In this document: one piece after another, positions 51,701-61,237 of the stretch | How the letters are laid out: every line of letters starts with the position of its first letter | Numbering within the stretch: the stretch's first letter is position 1 | NCBI GenBank assembly: GCA_047601445.1 | Contig: JASGJH010000001.1 | Location: 7,584,001-7,648,000 of the forward strand | Direction of reading: 5' to 3' | DNA: 64,000 bases | DNA from: Myxococcales bacterium | Lineage (GTDB): Bacteria; Myxococcota_A; Polyangia; Polyangiales; DASUME01 | The notes under the pieces: generated by a model | Told to the model about the DNA's origin: nothing | The model's database searches: none | The model's input: the letters and a program-made list of their open reading frames with translations, nothing else | Translations under genes and position numbers: made by a program

Positions 51701-52881
51701 TGAGCGGCTCCGACCAGGTGCTCGACAAGGTGGCCGCGCGTCTCACGTTCAGTGAACGCGAGCTCCTGCTCGAACAGTTCCAGGCTTCGGTGGCCGGTGG
51801 TTCGGTGCGCGCCCACGGCTCCATGGCCCTCGCCAAGCAACGCGTGGGCAATTACGAGCTGTTCCTGGAGGCGCGCGACATCACGTACTCGCCGACGGAC
51901 GGTGTGGACCTCGCGTTTGCAGCCGATACCCGCCTGGCCTTCGACCAGGCCCATCGCATCCCCGAGCTCACGGGCACCGTGCGCATCCAGCGCCTGCGCT
52001 ACACGCGGCCCTTCTCGCTCGGCATCACCGAGCGCCTGACGGGCTTCTCGCAGGCCAAGCGCGTCACGCGCGCTTCGTACGATCCGAACAACGACCGCAT
52101 CGCTTTCGACCTGCGCGTGGTCGAGGACGCCCCCCTCAAAATCAGCAACAACCTGCTCAATGCCGAGCTCACCATCCGGGACAGCGAAGACCCGTTCCGC
52201 CTGGTCGGCACGGATCAGCGCTTCGGCGTGCTCGGGACCCTGGAGGTTACCCGGGGCACGGTCACGTTCCGCAACGCCCGCTTCAACCTGGAGGAGGGCA
52301 CGGTAGCCTTCATCGACGAGCATCGGGTGCGGCCCCGCCTCGATATCCGTGCGCGCACGGAGTTCCGCCGCCAGGCCGACGCCACCGGCGCGCGTTGGTG
52401 GATCTCGCTGCGCGCCAGCGGGGAGGTCGACGACCTCAAAATCGAGACCTCCAGTGAGCCGGCGCTGGCTCAAGAGGACATCGCCCTCCTGCTCACGGTG
52501 GGCATGACGCGCGCCGAGGCTGCCCGCTCCAACGGCCTGGCCCAGGGCGCGGCTCTCGAAGCTTTGGCCACTGTCACGGGAGTCGATCGGGAGGTAAGAA
52601 AGGCCCTGCCCGTGATCGACGACTTCACCGTAACCAGCGCCTACTCCGCGCGCACCAACCGCACCGAGCCCCAGGTCGTGGTGGGCAAGCGGCTCAGCGA
52701 TCGCGTTCGCGCCACCGCGCGTACCGGGCTCACCACCGACTCGAACTTCAAGACCGGCGTCGAGTGGCGCCTCGACGACCAAACCAGCGTCGAGGCCGGC
52801 TATGACAACGTGCAGACCACTACTTCCTCGCAGTTTGGCAACGTGGGTGTCGATTTGCGCTGGCGGCTCGAGTTCGACTGA
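48724..52881 (+). CDS. tamB: Translocation/assembly module TamB (AsmA-like) protein
   Basis: N-terminal TM, long beta-rich body, DUF490-like C-terminus (SSEPALAQEDIALLL..DLRWRLEFD). Confidence 0.85.
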   Translation: MSAKPSRSLSKWRILLVFLLTVGTAAWALTKQPWARAQLDRELSLALRRELGLEASIGQVRFELPLRLVADAIELRHPEKGLLASAERLEVAPSLMALARGKVEIKRVTIEGAVVRLRIEDGQIVNLPVLPSVAKKSSKKPEKLPLEEFVVRRASLHVDGEPKFAGTLSDVLIQLKVLGAEELSLELSAGAGKFEHPGGRETVERLRVAAELADGRIELDHLVLVSSLLTVRAKNAGLAWPFDAQESFGGDLDELSIDLAKLAGLPHGIHFPPVKGKLSMKGKAAGTAKNFKAIGEVRGDPVLDGFGFGQLELRVEVTPEQVRILPGSLGRIVQDGGVVGLEGKLGFGPGLPIEVKTDIKHIDFHKLMAQLDVTQDCLVNWVLRGGFKLSGTIVPVAISGPIWAEHLSFRTLTKGWRDPTSEEVIGTPPGRVSGRVVIRPDALRFENLSGHLPHSDMLVTVHVGFDRKFGLTARSSNLDLRDTTGLLGMGLAGHGSFSLDVGGTYDNTTLTGTLDLEDFALDGYRIGHLKTRAALEKEGLAVHFVDTAVQKGESHYRVEDLLLDFSQAFSVDAKGTLDKLALADFYHTFLIDTDPDFAPYQGHVKGSASVRYTLGFPGDSASGTFTLDTDLDVLDTKVHGVAFKGGKLEGRWLWRDISQGTRGARLELAELSLLKDGGSVVARGTMDYGAKLGFTVFAEELPLGQIDPIRKQGIELTGEVGAVGTVRGTLQLPEAKLDIETVGVQVEKRTLGDGHFGLYVSHRDDPWAKRALSPLPESEPCPKARAALANADWPGTSGPQGSLPPQALLLCGEMYGDRIDLDLALGLTGSVPARGEVSFAHLSPALIWPTRRGNDVPLSGNLDGEIELTGGFLSDLDTLRGRVEITSLRIGQDRAMLTSDGPVKIALTGRGASVERANFGGAGTKIQITGGASVAQGLAANVQGQLDLRVLPTFVPTIARSTGLLEVGVKLTGNPGEPSVFGRASLRDGSLVLSGSDQVLDKVAARLTFSERELLLEQFQASVAGGSVRAHGSMALAKQRVGNYELFLEARDITYSPTDGVDLAFAADTRLAFDQAHRIPELTGTVRIQRLRYTRPFSLGITERLTGFSQAKRVTRASYDPNNDRIAFDLRVVEDAPLKISNNLLNAELTIRDSEDPFRLVGTDQRFGVLGTLEVTRGTVTFRNARFNLEEGTVAFIDEHRVRPRLDIRARTEFRRQADATGARWWISLRASGEVDDLKIETSSEPALAQEDIALLLTVGMTRAEAARSNGLAQGAALEALATVTGVDREVRKALPVIDDFTVTSAYSARTNRTEPQVVVGKRLSDRVRATARTGLTTDSNFKTGVEWRLDDQTSVEAGYDNVQTTTSSQFGNVGVDLRWRLEFD

Positions 52882-55800
52882 TGAGGCGCTGGTTCCTGCT
52901 GTTGTTCGCGCTGTGGCTCGGGTCCTTCGCTCCCCTCCAAGCGCGGGCCGACGTGCCACCCGAGTGGCTCGGGCAACGTGTGCTCGAGATCAAAGTGGTG
53001 GGCGAGCAGGCCGGCCGCGTGGATGCGGACAAGCTCGGCATCCCCAAGGGGGTGCCCTTGACTCGCGGTCTCTTGCGGGATGCCCTCGAGCGCATCGGTG
53101 AGGCGGGTCGCTGGGCCGACGTGCAGCTCGACGCGATGGCGGTCTCGGGCGGCGTGGCGCTGCTCGTGCACCTCACGCCGCGGCTGTTGGCCAAGCGCAT
53201 CGAGTTCGTCGGCAACAAGGCGCTCGAGAACCGCGAGCTCGCCCGCATCGTGGGGGTGCGTGAGGAGTCGGAGCTCGAGCGCGAGCTGTTCCCGGAGTTC
53301 AGCCGGCTGATCCGCGAATCCTACGAAGCGCGCGGCTACTTCGAGACCCGCGTCCAGATCACGCTGCGCGACACGGACGATCCGAGCGCCAAGGTGCTGC
53401 GCATCGAGGTCGACGAGGGGGAGCCCACGCGTATCGAGGAGATCGTCTTCGTGGGCGAGCCTTTGCCGCGTCGCAAGGGCCTGCGGCGCGTGCTGGGCGT
53501 GCACGCCGGGGACATCGCCGACCGCGAGCGCATCGACGAGGGCCTGCGCAAGACCGAGCAGACCCTACGTGAGGCAGGCTTCTACGCCGCCGAGTTCTCC
53601 GATGTGCGCATCGTGCGGCGTGGCCTGGAAGCTCGCGTCACGGTGCGCAGTCGCGTCGAACCGCACTACGAGGTGGAGTTTCGGAACCCCGGTCCGCTCA
53701 GTCGCAGTGAGCTATTCGAGGCCATGGCGCTGCAAGAGGAGCGTTTGGCTGGCGACGCTAACCTGCGCGCGGCCGAACAGCGCCTGCTCGACACCTACCG
53801 GCGCTACGGCTTTCGCGATGCCAGCGTGACCATCGAAGCCGTGCCGCGCGTGGAGGTCATCGAGTTCAAGGGCGAGCACTGGGAAGAGCGTTCGATGGTG
53901 CTGCAGGTCTCCATCGAACCCGGCGAACAGCTGGTGGTGGTGGACTTCGCCTTCCCGGGGGCCACGCACCTCGAGACAGACGTCCTGCGCGAGCAGATGC
54001 ACAGCTACCTCGAGGAGGAGCTCTCGGGCTCCAGCCTCCGCGAACCCGTGGACTCCGAAGTAGCCGACCACATCGGCATGGGCGGCGGTGCAGCCCGCAC
54101 CCAGCGCACCGTGCCCAAGCCCATCGTGCGCGACCCACGCCGCCTCTACTACGGCCCGGCCTACGACGCGGCGCTCAACCACATCCGCGAGCTCTACCGC
54201 GCCGACGGCTTCCTCGACGTTGCGCTGGGCACGCCGAGCTTCGAGCCCGCGCCCGACGGCACCGGAAAAATCGCGGTGATCCCCATCACGGAGGGCCCGC
54301 GCACCTTCCTCTACGCGGTGCAAATCGAGAACAACCACGAGCTCGCCTCGGCCGAGCTCCTGCGCGAGGCGGCCCTCGTTCGCGACGCCCCCTTCAGCTA
54401 CTTGAAGCTCGAAGAAGCGCGCCTGCGCATGGTCTCCATGTACCAGGAGAAGGGCTTCTTCTACGCCAAGGTCGACCCCAGCGTGCGTATGTCCGACGAT
54501 GGCACGCGCGCCGAAGTGACCTTCCACGTGGAGGAGGGCTACGTGGTGATGGTGGGCGCCGTCGAGGTACGCGGGCTCGACCGCTCGAGTCGTTCCATGG
54601 TGCTCAATCGCGTGCGCCTCAAGGAGGGTAAGCCTTACCAACCCTCGCTCGCCCGTCAGACCGAAGACGACCTGCTGGCCCTCGACATCTTCACGAGCAT
54701 CACGGTCTCGCCCGAGGAGCCCGACCTGCCGGCACGCGTGAAGACCGTGATCATCAGCGTCACCGAGCGCAAGACCCAGTGGCTCGGTTGGAGCGCCGGC
54801 TTCAGTACCGGCGAGGGCGTGCGCGGCGGCTTCGAATACGGCTATCGCAACTTGTTCGGGCACGCCCTGACCGCCTCGTTCCGCGGTCAAATCGGCTATC
54901 AGTTCGTGTTTCTCGATCAGCAGATCCAGAACCGCTACGAGTCGCTCACCACCCAGCAGCGCATCGAGTACCAAACCACGCTCACGCTGGGCGTTCCGTA
55001 CATCCCGCACTTGCCCCGCACCCAGGCCAACGTCGACCTGACGGTGCTCTCGGATATCCAGCGCGACTTCCGCATGCAGAAGCAGAGCGTGGTCACCTCG
55101 TTCGTGTATCGCCCCAACAAGCGTTGGACCTTCAACCTGGCCGAGGAAATCGAGGAGAGCGACTTCTTCCTGTTCGTGGATCAGCTCAAGAACGCGCTGC
55201 CCACCCTGCAGACCTCGAGCTTGGTCCCCGAGGGGCAGAACACCCTGGCATCCTCGCAGTTCACCTTCACCTGGGATCGCCGCGATCGCGCCTTCAATCC
55301 GCACAAGGGCGTGTTGCTCTCGCTCACCAATGAGTACGCGCACACCGTGAACCCCCAGTTCCAGACCATCGGTCGCGGGGACAACATGCGGCGCGCCAAA
55401 TTCGAGAGCAACATGCTGCGCTTCATGGCCAGCTTCGCGTTCTACATCCCGTTCGCGCCCAAGCTCACCTTCGCGAGCCAGTGGCGCTATGGCCGCATCG
55501 TGCACCTCTCCAAAGACTCACAGAGCTACCCGAACCGGCGCTTCTACCTCGGCGGCACCAACTTCCGCGGCTTCAATCAGAACCAGATGATCCCCCAGGA
55601 CCTGGAGGACAACCGAGAAAACACCACCGCCATCGCTTCGCGCGGCGGTCAGACGTTCATCGCCGGGCAGAACGAGCTGCGCTTTCCCCTGGTGGGTGAC
55701 CTCTATGGCGGGCTGTTCGCGGACGTCGGCAACCTGTGGGCGAACCCCAAAAACCTGGACATCCGGCAGCTCGAGTTGGTGGTGGGCGCGGGCCTGCGCT

Positions 55801-55907
55801 TCCAGACACCGGTGGCTTCGCTGGCCTTCGATTACGGTATCCGGGCCCTGGACATCGCCCCCTTCGATATCCGAGGGGCCTTCCAGTTCGCCTTCCAGAC
55901 CTTCTGA
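52881..55907 (+). CDS. Omp85 family outer-membrane protein (TamA/BamA-like) with multiple POTRA domains
   Basis: Repeated Y..GYF POTRA motifs; RNLFG; FYLGG..FRGF; GAGLRF.TPV; C-terminal F. Confidence 0.9.
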   Translation: MRRWFLLLFALWLGSFAPLQARADVPPEWLGQRVLEIKVVGEQAGRVDADKLGIPKGVPLTRGLLRDALERIGEAGRWADVQLDAMAVSGGVALLVHLTPRLLAKRIEFVGNKALENRELARIVGVREESELERELFPEFSRLIRESYEARGYFETRVQITLRDTDDPSAKVLRIEVDEGEPTRIEEIVFVGEPLPRRKGLRRVLGVHAGDIADRERIDEGLRKTEQTLREAGFYAAEFSDVRIVRRGLEARVTVRSRVEPHYEVEFRNPGPLSRSELFEAMALQEERLAGDANLRAAEQRLLDTYRRYGFRDASVTIEAVPRVEVIEFKGEHWEERSMVLQVSIEPGEQLVVVDFAFPGATHLETDVLREQMHSYLEEELSGSSLREPVDSEVADHIGMGGGAARTQRTVPKPIVRDPRRLYYGPAYDAALNHIRELYRADGFLDVALGTPSFEPAPDGTGKIAVIPITEGPRTFLYAVQIENNHELASAELLREAALVRDAPFSYLKLEEARLRMVSMYQEKGFFYAKVDPSVRMSDDGTRAEVTFHVEEGYVVMVGAVEVRGLDRSSRSMVLNRVRLKEGKPYQPSLARQTEDDLLALDIFTSITVSPEEPDLPARVKTVIISVTERKTQWLGWSAGFSTGEGVRGGFEYGYRNLFGHALTASFRGQIGYQFVFLDQQIQNRYESLTTQQRIEYQTTLTLGVPYIPHLPRTQANVDLTVLSDIQRDFRMQKQSVVTSFVYRPNKRWTFNLAEEIEESDFFLFVDQLKNALPTLQTSSLVPEGQNTLASSQFTFTWDRRDRAFNPHKGVLLSLTNEYAHTVNPQFQTIGRGDNMRRAKFESNMLRFMASFAFYIPFAPKLTFASQWRYGRIVHLSKDSQSYPNRRFYLGGTNFRGFNQNQMIPQDLEDNRENTTAIASRGGQTFIAGQNELRFPLVGDLYGGLFADVGNLWANPKNLDIRQLELVVGAGLRFQTPVASLAFDYGIRALDIAPFDIRGAFQFAFQTF

Positions 55908-55918
55908 GACGGTGTTCG

Positions 55919-56201
55919 ACGGGGAGGTCACGCGACCTCCCCGCCCGTCGCGGCTACTGCACGGGGAGGTCACGCGACCTCCCCGCCCGTCGCGGCAAAG
56001 CCGCGCCGGGACCCACCCCTCTGCGAGGTCGCTACGCTCACTACGCCGGGACCCACCCCTCCGCGAGGTCGCTACGCTCACTGCGCCGGGACCCACCCCT
56101 CCGCGAGGTCGCTACGCTCACTGCGCCGGGACCCACCCCTCCGCGAGGTCGCTACGCTCACTGCGCCGGGACCCACCCCTCTGCGAGGTTCGCTCTGCTC
56201 A
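55919..56201. repeat. REP-like composite: two copies of a hairpin unit (42-bp period) plus five tandem 40-bp units
   Basis: acggggaggtc-acgc-gacctccccgcccgtcgcggc at 55919 and 55961; ctgcgccgggacccacccctccgcgaggtcgctacgctca at 56001, 56041, 56081, 56121 and 56161. Confidence 0.9.
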
Positions 56202-56305
56202 CGTAGGGCTTCGCTTCCAGGATCCCGGCTCCCGCCCCGAGGGCAATCGGGCCTGTGCGCGCCTCACAGTTGACAGTCCGGAACCCCCCCACCAAACTCC
56301 GCCCC

Positions 56306-56530
56306 ATGGCGTACGAGAACCACCTGATCGACAAGCGCGTCGTGGACCGAAACATCACGAAAGGGCTCGTGGATCCGCAGAACCTGAAGCAGCAGATCGA
56401 AGCCCTGCCCGACCGCGAAGCCAACTGTGTCCGCGTGTCCGTCGAGGGGGATGTCGAGGACAGCATCGACGACCTGCCCGACGACGACGAAGACGACGAG
56501 GACATGGCCGACGACGAAGGCGAAGGCTGA
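56306..56530 (+). CDS. Small protein with an acidic tail
   Basis: MAYENHLIDKRVVDRNITKGLVD..LPD; upstream TTGACA-N17-CAAACT. Confidence 0.75.
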   Translation: MAYENHLIDKRVVDRNITKGLVDPQNLKQQIEALPDREANCVRVSVEGDVEDSIDDLPDDDEDDEDMADDEGEG

Positions 56531-56585
56531 TCGCCAGGGCTTTTCGCGCGGGTCGAGCGCCCGCCCAGACACGCGAGATGAATCG

Positions 56586-56921
56586 ATGAGCGACCCCGAG
56601 CACGACTCCGAGGCATCCGCCGAAGTCTTCGAGCCGGAACTCCCGCCCGAAGCCGACGACCTGCCGCCGATCGACTTCAGCACCTTCATCGTGTCCCTCC
56701 GGACCTCGGCCATGCTGCACCTGGGGGCCAACCCCGAGGGCTCGGGCATCGACCTGGCGCTGGCTCGCCAGGAGATCGATCTACTCGGGATCCTGGAGGA
56801 AAAGACCAAGGGCAACCTGACCGGAGACGAGGAACGTCTGCTGAGTCAGATCCTGTTCGACCTGCGCACCCGCTATCTGTCGGCGGTGGCTGAGCGCCGC
56901 TCGACAAAGTCGTCGGGCTGA
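56586..56921 (+). CDS. DUF1844 family protein
   Basis: IDFSTFIVSL..A..HLG, ARQEIDLLGILEEKTKGNL. Confidence 0.88.
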   Translation: MSDPEHDSEASAEVFEPELPPEADDLPPIDFSTFIVSLRTSAMLHLGANPEGSGIDLALARQEIDLLGILEEKTKGNLTGDEERLLSQILFDLRTRYLSAVAERRSTKSSG

Positions 56922-56994
56922 CGCTGTGTAGCCTGCGGGTCGGCTGGGCTGGGGGGCGACGGGAGGCAACTTGGCTTCCCAGGAGCGCCCGGCT

Positions 56995-57156
56995 TCAGCG
57001 GCGGCGGGGCCGGTTCCGGTTTCCGGAGGTTCCGCGAACCGGTACGGGCATGAGCTGGGGCTGGGGGAAGAGCGACTCGACCGCTTCGGCAACGCCCTGG
57101 AGGAACTCCTGGGCCCGGTCTTTCAGAGATTGCTTCTTCTCCGCCTTGCGCTCCAT
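56995..57156 (-). CDS. 53-aa small protein (not in the ORF track)
   Basis: MERKAEKKQSLKDRAQEFLQGVAEAVESLFPQPQLMPVPVRGTSGNRNRPRRR*; RBS AAGGTGA; promoter TTGACA-N16-CATGAT at 57234-57207. Confidence 0.65.
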   Translation of the reverse strand: MERKAEKKQSLKDRAQEFLQGVAEAVESLFPQPQLMPVPVRGTSGNRNRPRRR

Positions 57157-57330
57157 CGCTCACCTTTCGCGTGGTCGACTCGGCACCGCACCGAGCACGT
57201 CTTTCCATCATGGGGCGTTGCGCCGTGGTGTCAACAGCATGACGGCCCCGTGCCTTCGATCAGGTCTCACCTTGGATCACAGTCCGCTTTTCTGCGTACG
57301 GAGTCTGCTCTCGGTACGCTCCGGAGCGCC

Positions 57331-58786
57331 ATGAAACACGTGCACATGATTGGGGTGGCTGGAACGGGAATGGGGGCTCTCGCGGGCCTCTTGCGAAAGC
57401 AGGGCCACAGAGTCACCGGCAGCGATACTGCGTTTTACCCGCCCATGGGCGACAAGCTGGCCGAATGGGGCGTGGAGACCCGTCAGGGCTTCGAATCCGG
57501 CCCATCTGGAGCCCCGTCCCGACCTCGTGGTGGTGGGTAATGTATGCCGAAGTACGAATCCTGAGGCTCGGGCCGCCATCGACGGGGGCCTTCCGTACCT
57601 CTCCATGCCCGGTACTTTGGAGCAGTTCTTTCTCAGTCAGAGACACAGCTACGTCGTGGCCGGCACGCACGGTAAGACCACGACCACGGCTCTGGTGACC
57701 TATCTGTTGCGCAAGCTGGGTCGCGACCCGGGCTATCTGCTCGGCGGGGTGCCACGGGACTTTCCCGAGAGCTTTGGCCTCGGGGCCGAGGGGGCACCCT
57801 TCGTGATCGAGGGGGACGAGTACGACAGCGCGTTCTTCGAGAAGCAACCCAAGTTCTTTCGCTACCGCCCCTACGCCGCCATCCTCACCTCGCTCGAGCA
57901 CGACCACGTGGACATCTACCCCACGCTGGAGAGTTATCGCGCGGCCTTCGTGGGCTTCGTGGAGCGCATCCCCGAAGACGGTCTGCTCGTGGCCTACGCG
58001 GGTGATCCGGAAGTGCGGGCCGTGGCGCAGCGTGCGCGTTGTCGCGTGAGCTTCTATGCCCTCGATGGCGACGACACCGGAGACGTGACGCCCGTCTGGT
58101 TGGCAGCGCCTGCTCCAGCGCAGGGGACCATCACGCCGTTCGACCTGTTCTATGGCGGGAGCTCCTGCGGGCGCGTGCACTCTCCGCTCTCGGGGACACA
58201 CAACGTGAAGAACGCCGTGGCAGCCATCGCGCTTTGCGCCGAGGGCGCAGGGCTGGGGGTCTCGGCGCTGGCGCGTCAGCTCGGAGGGTTCCTGGGGGTG
58301 CGTCGTCGCCAGGAGCTGGTGGCCGTGGCGGGCGGGGTCCATGTCTATGACGACTTCGCGCATCATCCGACGGCGGTGCGCGAGACCTTGCGCGGGATTC
58401 GCGCGCGCCATCCGGAGGGCAAATTGGTGGGCCTGTTCGAGCCGCGCAGCGCGACGGCCTCTCGCAAGTTGCACCAGGAGGCTTACGTCGAGGCCTTCGA
58501 GGCGGCCGATCTCGCGGTGCTCGCCCCCGTGGGACGCAAGGAGATCGCTGCGACCGAGAAGCTCGACACCAAGGTGCTGGCGGAAGGCATGCGCGCGCGC
58601 GGTCGACACGCCGAGGCGCCGGACGATCACGAGCAGATTTTGGCACTATTGCGCGACGAGCTCAGCCCTGGAGACACCGTGGTGGTGATGTCGAACGGGG
58701 ATTTTCAAGGCTTGCTCGAGCGTTTGGTGGCGGCGTTGACGATGCGGGCTGCAGGACAGCCCGCGCTTGCTAGCCTCGCGCCATGA
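57331..58786 (+). CDS. mpl: Murein peptide ligase Mpl (MurC family); frameshift at ~57494
   Basis: IGVAGTGMGALA, AGTHGKTTT, EGDEYDSAFF, DDFAHHPTA, FEPRS. Confidence 0.9.
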
Positions 58787-59631
58787 CCTCCCAGACGTAC
58801 AAGGCCATGCTGCCCGAGATCGAGCGCATCGCGCGCGAGGCGGGCGAGCTGGTACGCAGCGGTTATCGGCGCGGCGCCTCCCACACGCGCACGGACGTGA
58901 GCAAGAAGGGCGCGATCGATCTGGTCACGGAGTTCGACCTCAAGTCCGAGGCGCACATCGTGCGTGAGCTCGGGCGGGTGTTTCCCGACATCGCGATCGT
59001 GGGAGAGGAGGGCCAGGGCAAGCGCGCGGTGACCGAGGCCGCCGACAGCGCGCTGCGCTTCTTCGTGGATCCCATCGATGGCACCACCAACTTCGCCCAT
59101 GGACATCCGTTCTTTTGCGTGTCCATCGGGTTGTGCGCGGGCGTAACGCCGGTGGCGGGCGTGATTTACGCGCCCATTCTCGAGGTGTGCTGGGCAGGTG
59201 CCGTTGGCTCCGGCGCCACGCGCAACGGTGAGTCTTGCCTGGTGTCCAGCTGCGAAGAGCTCGGCGAGGCGCTGTGCGCGACGGGTTTCGGCTACGACGT
59301 CGCCGGTAAGGTCGACGACAACGTGGCCGAATTCGGCGCGATCCAGGCGCGTGCGCGTGGCGTGCGTCGCTGCGGCGCGGCGGCGCTCGATTTGGCGTTG
59401 GTCGCCGACGGAACCTACGACGCGTATTGGGAGTTCATGCTGCAGCCCTGGGATTTGGCGGCCGGAGCGGCGCTGGTGTTGGCTGCGGGCGGACAGGCCA
59501 CCGGGTTTTCGGGGCAACCGCTCGATGCGCTCGAGGGGGCGGTGGTGGCGACTTCCACGCCTGCCCTCTCGCGCGAGCTCGTGAGCATGGTGCAGCAGGT
59601 AAGAGGCGGGCGCCCCGTGCCCACGCGTTAG
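58783..59631 (+). CDS. suhB: Inositol monophosphatase family protein
   Basis: DLVTEFD, GEE, DPIDGTTNF, PWDLAAG. Confidence 0.9.
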   Translation: MTSQTYKAMLPEIERIAREAGELVRSGYRRGASHTRTDVSKKGAIDLVTEFDLKSEAHIVRELGRVFPDIAIVGEEGQGKRAVTEAADSALRFFVDPIDGTTNFAHGHPFFCVSIGLCAGVTPVAGVIYAPILEVCWAGAVGSGATRNGESCLVSSCEELGEALCATGFGYDVAGKVDDNVAEFGAIQARARGVRRCGAAALDLALVADGTYDAYWEFMLQPWDLAAGAALVLAAGGQATGFSGQPLDALEGAVVATSTPALSRELVSMVQQVRGGRPVPTR

Positions 59632-59638
59632 GGTCAAG

Positions 59639-60385
59639 ATGCAGGTCACGCTTTCGGAGGATGAACGCTTTCTCGAGGTGGACTTCGGTGCGCCGCAGCG
59701 AACGCTGAGCTGGGCCATCGTGGGTGGAGGCTTCGGGGAGCATCGCCGCGTGGTGTGGCACTTCGTGACGCGCGCCGAGCTGCACGAGGGCATCGACGCC
59801 GTGGCGCTGTTCAAGGAGCGCATGGCGGCGCGGGGCTTCGACGCGGCGGTGGGACTGCTGACGGCGCGCTACCTGCGTCCCTACGCGGACGCTCGCGCGC
59901 AGCATGGTGACGTGAGCGGACGTGCGATCGTCACCTCCGGGCTCGGCAATGCGCTGCGGGCCGGGGATCCGCCCGAAAGCAAGTCCACTTCTGGCTCGCG
60001 CGCCCCGGGGCGCGCTTCGACCGTGGGGACCATCAACGTGCTGTGCCACCTCTCGGTGCACTTGAGCGACGCGGCCATGCTCGAGGCGCTGGCCCTGGCG
60101 AGCGAAGCGCGCACCCTGGCCTTGCTCGAGCTGAACTATCCGAGCGCGCTCACGCACAAGCCAGCCACGGGGACCGGCACCGATTGCATCGTGATCACGT
60201 GCCCGCGCGAGGGGCTCGTGCACGACTACGCCGGCAAGCACACCGAGGTGGGGGCCGTGGTCGGAGAGTGCGTGCACGCGGCGATGCGGCATGCCACGCA
60301 AGTGTGGTTGAGTGAGCAGGCCGAGCGTGAGGCCGAGCGTGAGCCGGCCGGGGCGCCCGAGAAAAACGAGGCAGTCGGTGTCTGA
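59639..60385 (+). CDS. cbiZ: Adenosylcobinamide amidohydrolase CbiZ-like
   Basis: GLLTA, GLGNA, GTINV, ATGTGTDC, YAGKHT. Confidence 0.85.
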   Translation: MQVTLSEDERFLEVDFGAPQRTLSWAIVGGGFGEHRRVVWHFVTRAELHEGIDAVALFKERMAARGFDAAVGLLTARYLRPYADARAQHGDVSGRAIVTSGLGNALRAGDPPESKSTSGSRAPGRASTVGTINVLCHLSVHLSDAAMLEALALASEARTLALLELNYPSALTHKPATGTGTDCIVITCPREGLVHDYAGKHTEVGAVVGECVHAAMRHATQVWLSEQAEREAEREPAGAPEKNEAVGV

Positions 60386-61016
60386 CGAGAAACAAGCCAC
60401 GGAAGAAGAGCGCAACGCCGAGCACAAGAAGCGCATGCAGGAGGTGAAGGCCGCGCAAGACGCGGAGGTTCGCTCCAAGCAGGAAAAGCGCGGCGTGATC
60501 GTGGTGAACACGGGGGACGGCAAGGGCAAGAGCTCGTCGGCCTTCGGGGTCGCCATCCGCGCGGCGGGGCACGGGCAGAAGGTGGGCCTCGTCCAGTTCA
60601 TCAAAGGCACCTGGAAAACGGGCGAGCAGGCGGCGCTCAAGCGCTTTCCCGAGATCACACACGTGGTATCGGGCGATGGCTTCACCTGGAACACGCAGGA
60701 TCGCGCCCAGGACGTGGCCAGTGCGCGCGCGGGTTGGGAGCGCGCCAAGCAAATGATCGAGGAGAGTCGGGGCGAGGACCCTGCCTACGACGTGGTGATC
60801 CTCGACGAGCTCAATATCGCCCTCTACTATGACTACCTGCAGATCGAGGAGATCGTGCCCGTGCTCGCCAACAAGCCGCGCGAGCTCAGCATCGTCGTCA
60901 CCGGTCGCGCTGCCAAGCCGGAGCTCATCGCGATCGCCGATACCGTGACGGAAATGCGACCCCTCAAGCACGCCTACGAAGCGGGGGTAAAGGCGCGCAA
61001 GGGGATCGAATTCTAA
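60378..61016 (+). CDS. cobO: Cob(I)alamin adenosyltransferase CobO/BtuR
   Basis: TGDGKGKSSSAFG, QFIKG, LDEL, TGR, KHAY..GIEF. Confidence 0.95.
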   Translation: MSDEKQATEEERNAEHKKRMQEVKAAQDAEVRSKQEKRGVIVVNTGDGKGKSSSAFGVAIRAAGHGQKVGLVQFIKGTWKTGEQAALKRFPEITHVVSGDGFTWNTQDRAQDVASARAGWERAKQMIEESRGEDPAYDVVILDELNIALYYDYLQIEEIVPVLANKPRELSIVVTGRAAKPELIAIADTVTEMRPLKHAYEAGVKARKGIEF

Positions 61017-61237
61017 GCGGAGGGGCTCTGGTGAGTTGCGCGGAAATGCGCGCAGCAAACTGGGGCAAATCTGCCCCGCGCGTTCGGCTGTCCATTCACT
61101 ATAACAGGCAATGCCTGATCGCCTTCGCAGCGTGGGTGATTAATCACCGCTAACTCGGAACGGCCCAGCTCCTGCATTGCTTCGTGGTCTAGCTCTCGTG
61201 CGCAGTTGGGCACGACGAACCGAGCACCAAGGAGCCG

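Noticed and set aside
48748..52959. 1403-aa antisense ORF, and similar shadows such as 44720..46339, 24431..26314, 53712..55505, 15783..17489 and 3065..4645
   Set aside because: Antisense shadows of real genes, typical of high-GC codon bias, with no recognisable motifs
55919..56201. CRISPR array
   Set aside because: The 40-bp units are contiguous with no unique spacers, and there are no cas genes in the window
59600..61230. Cobalamin riboswitch near cbiZ/cobO
   Set aside because: Only 7 bp separate suhB and cbiZ, and no B12-box motif was recognised
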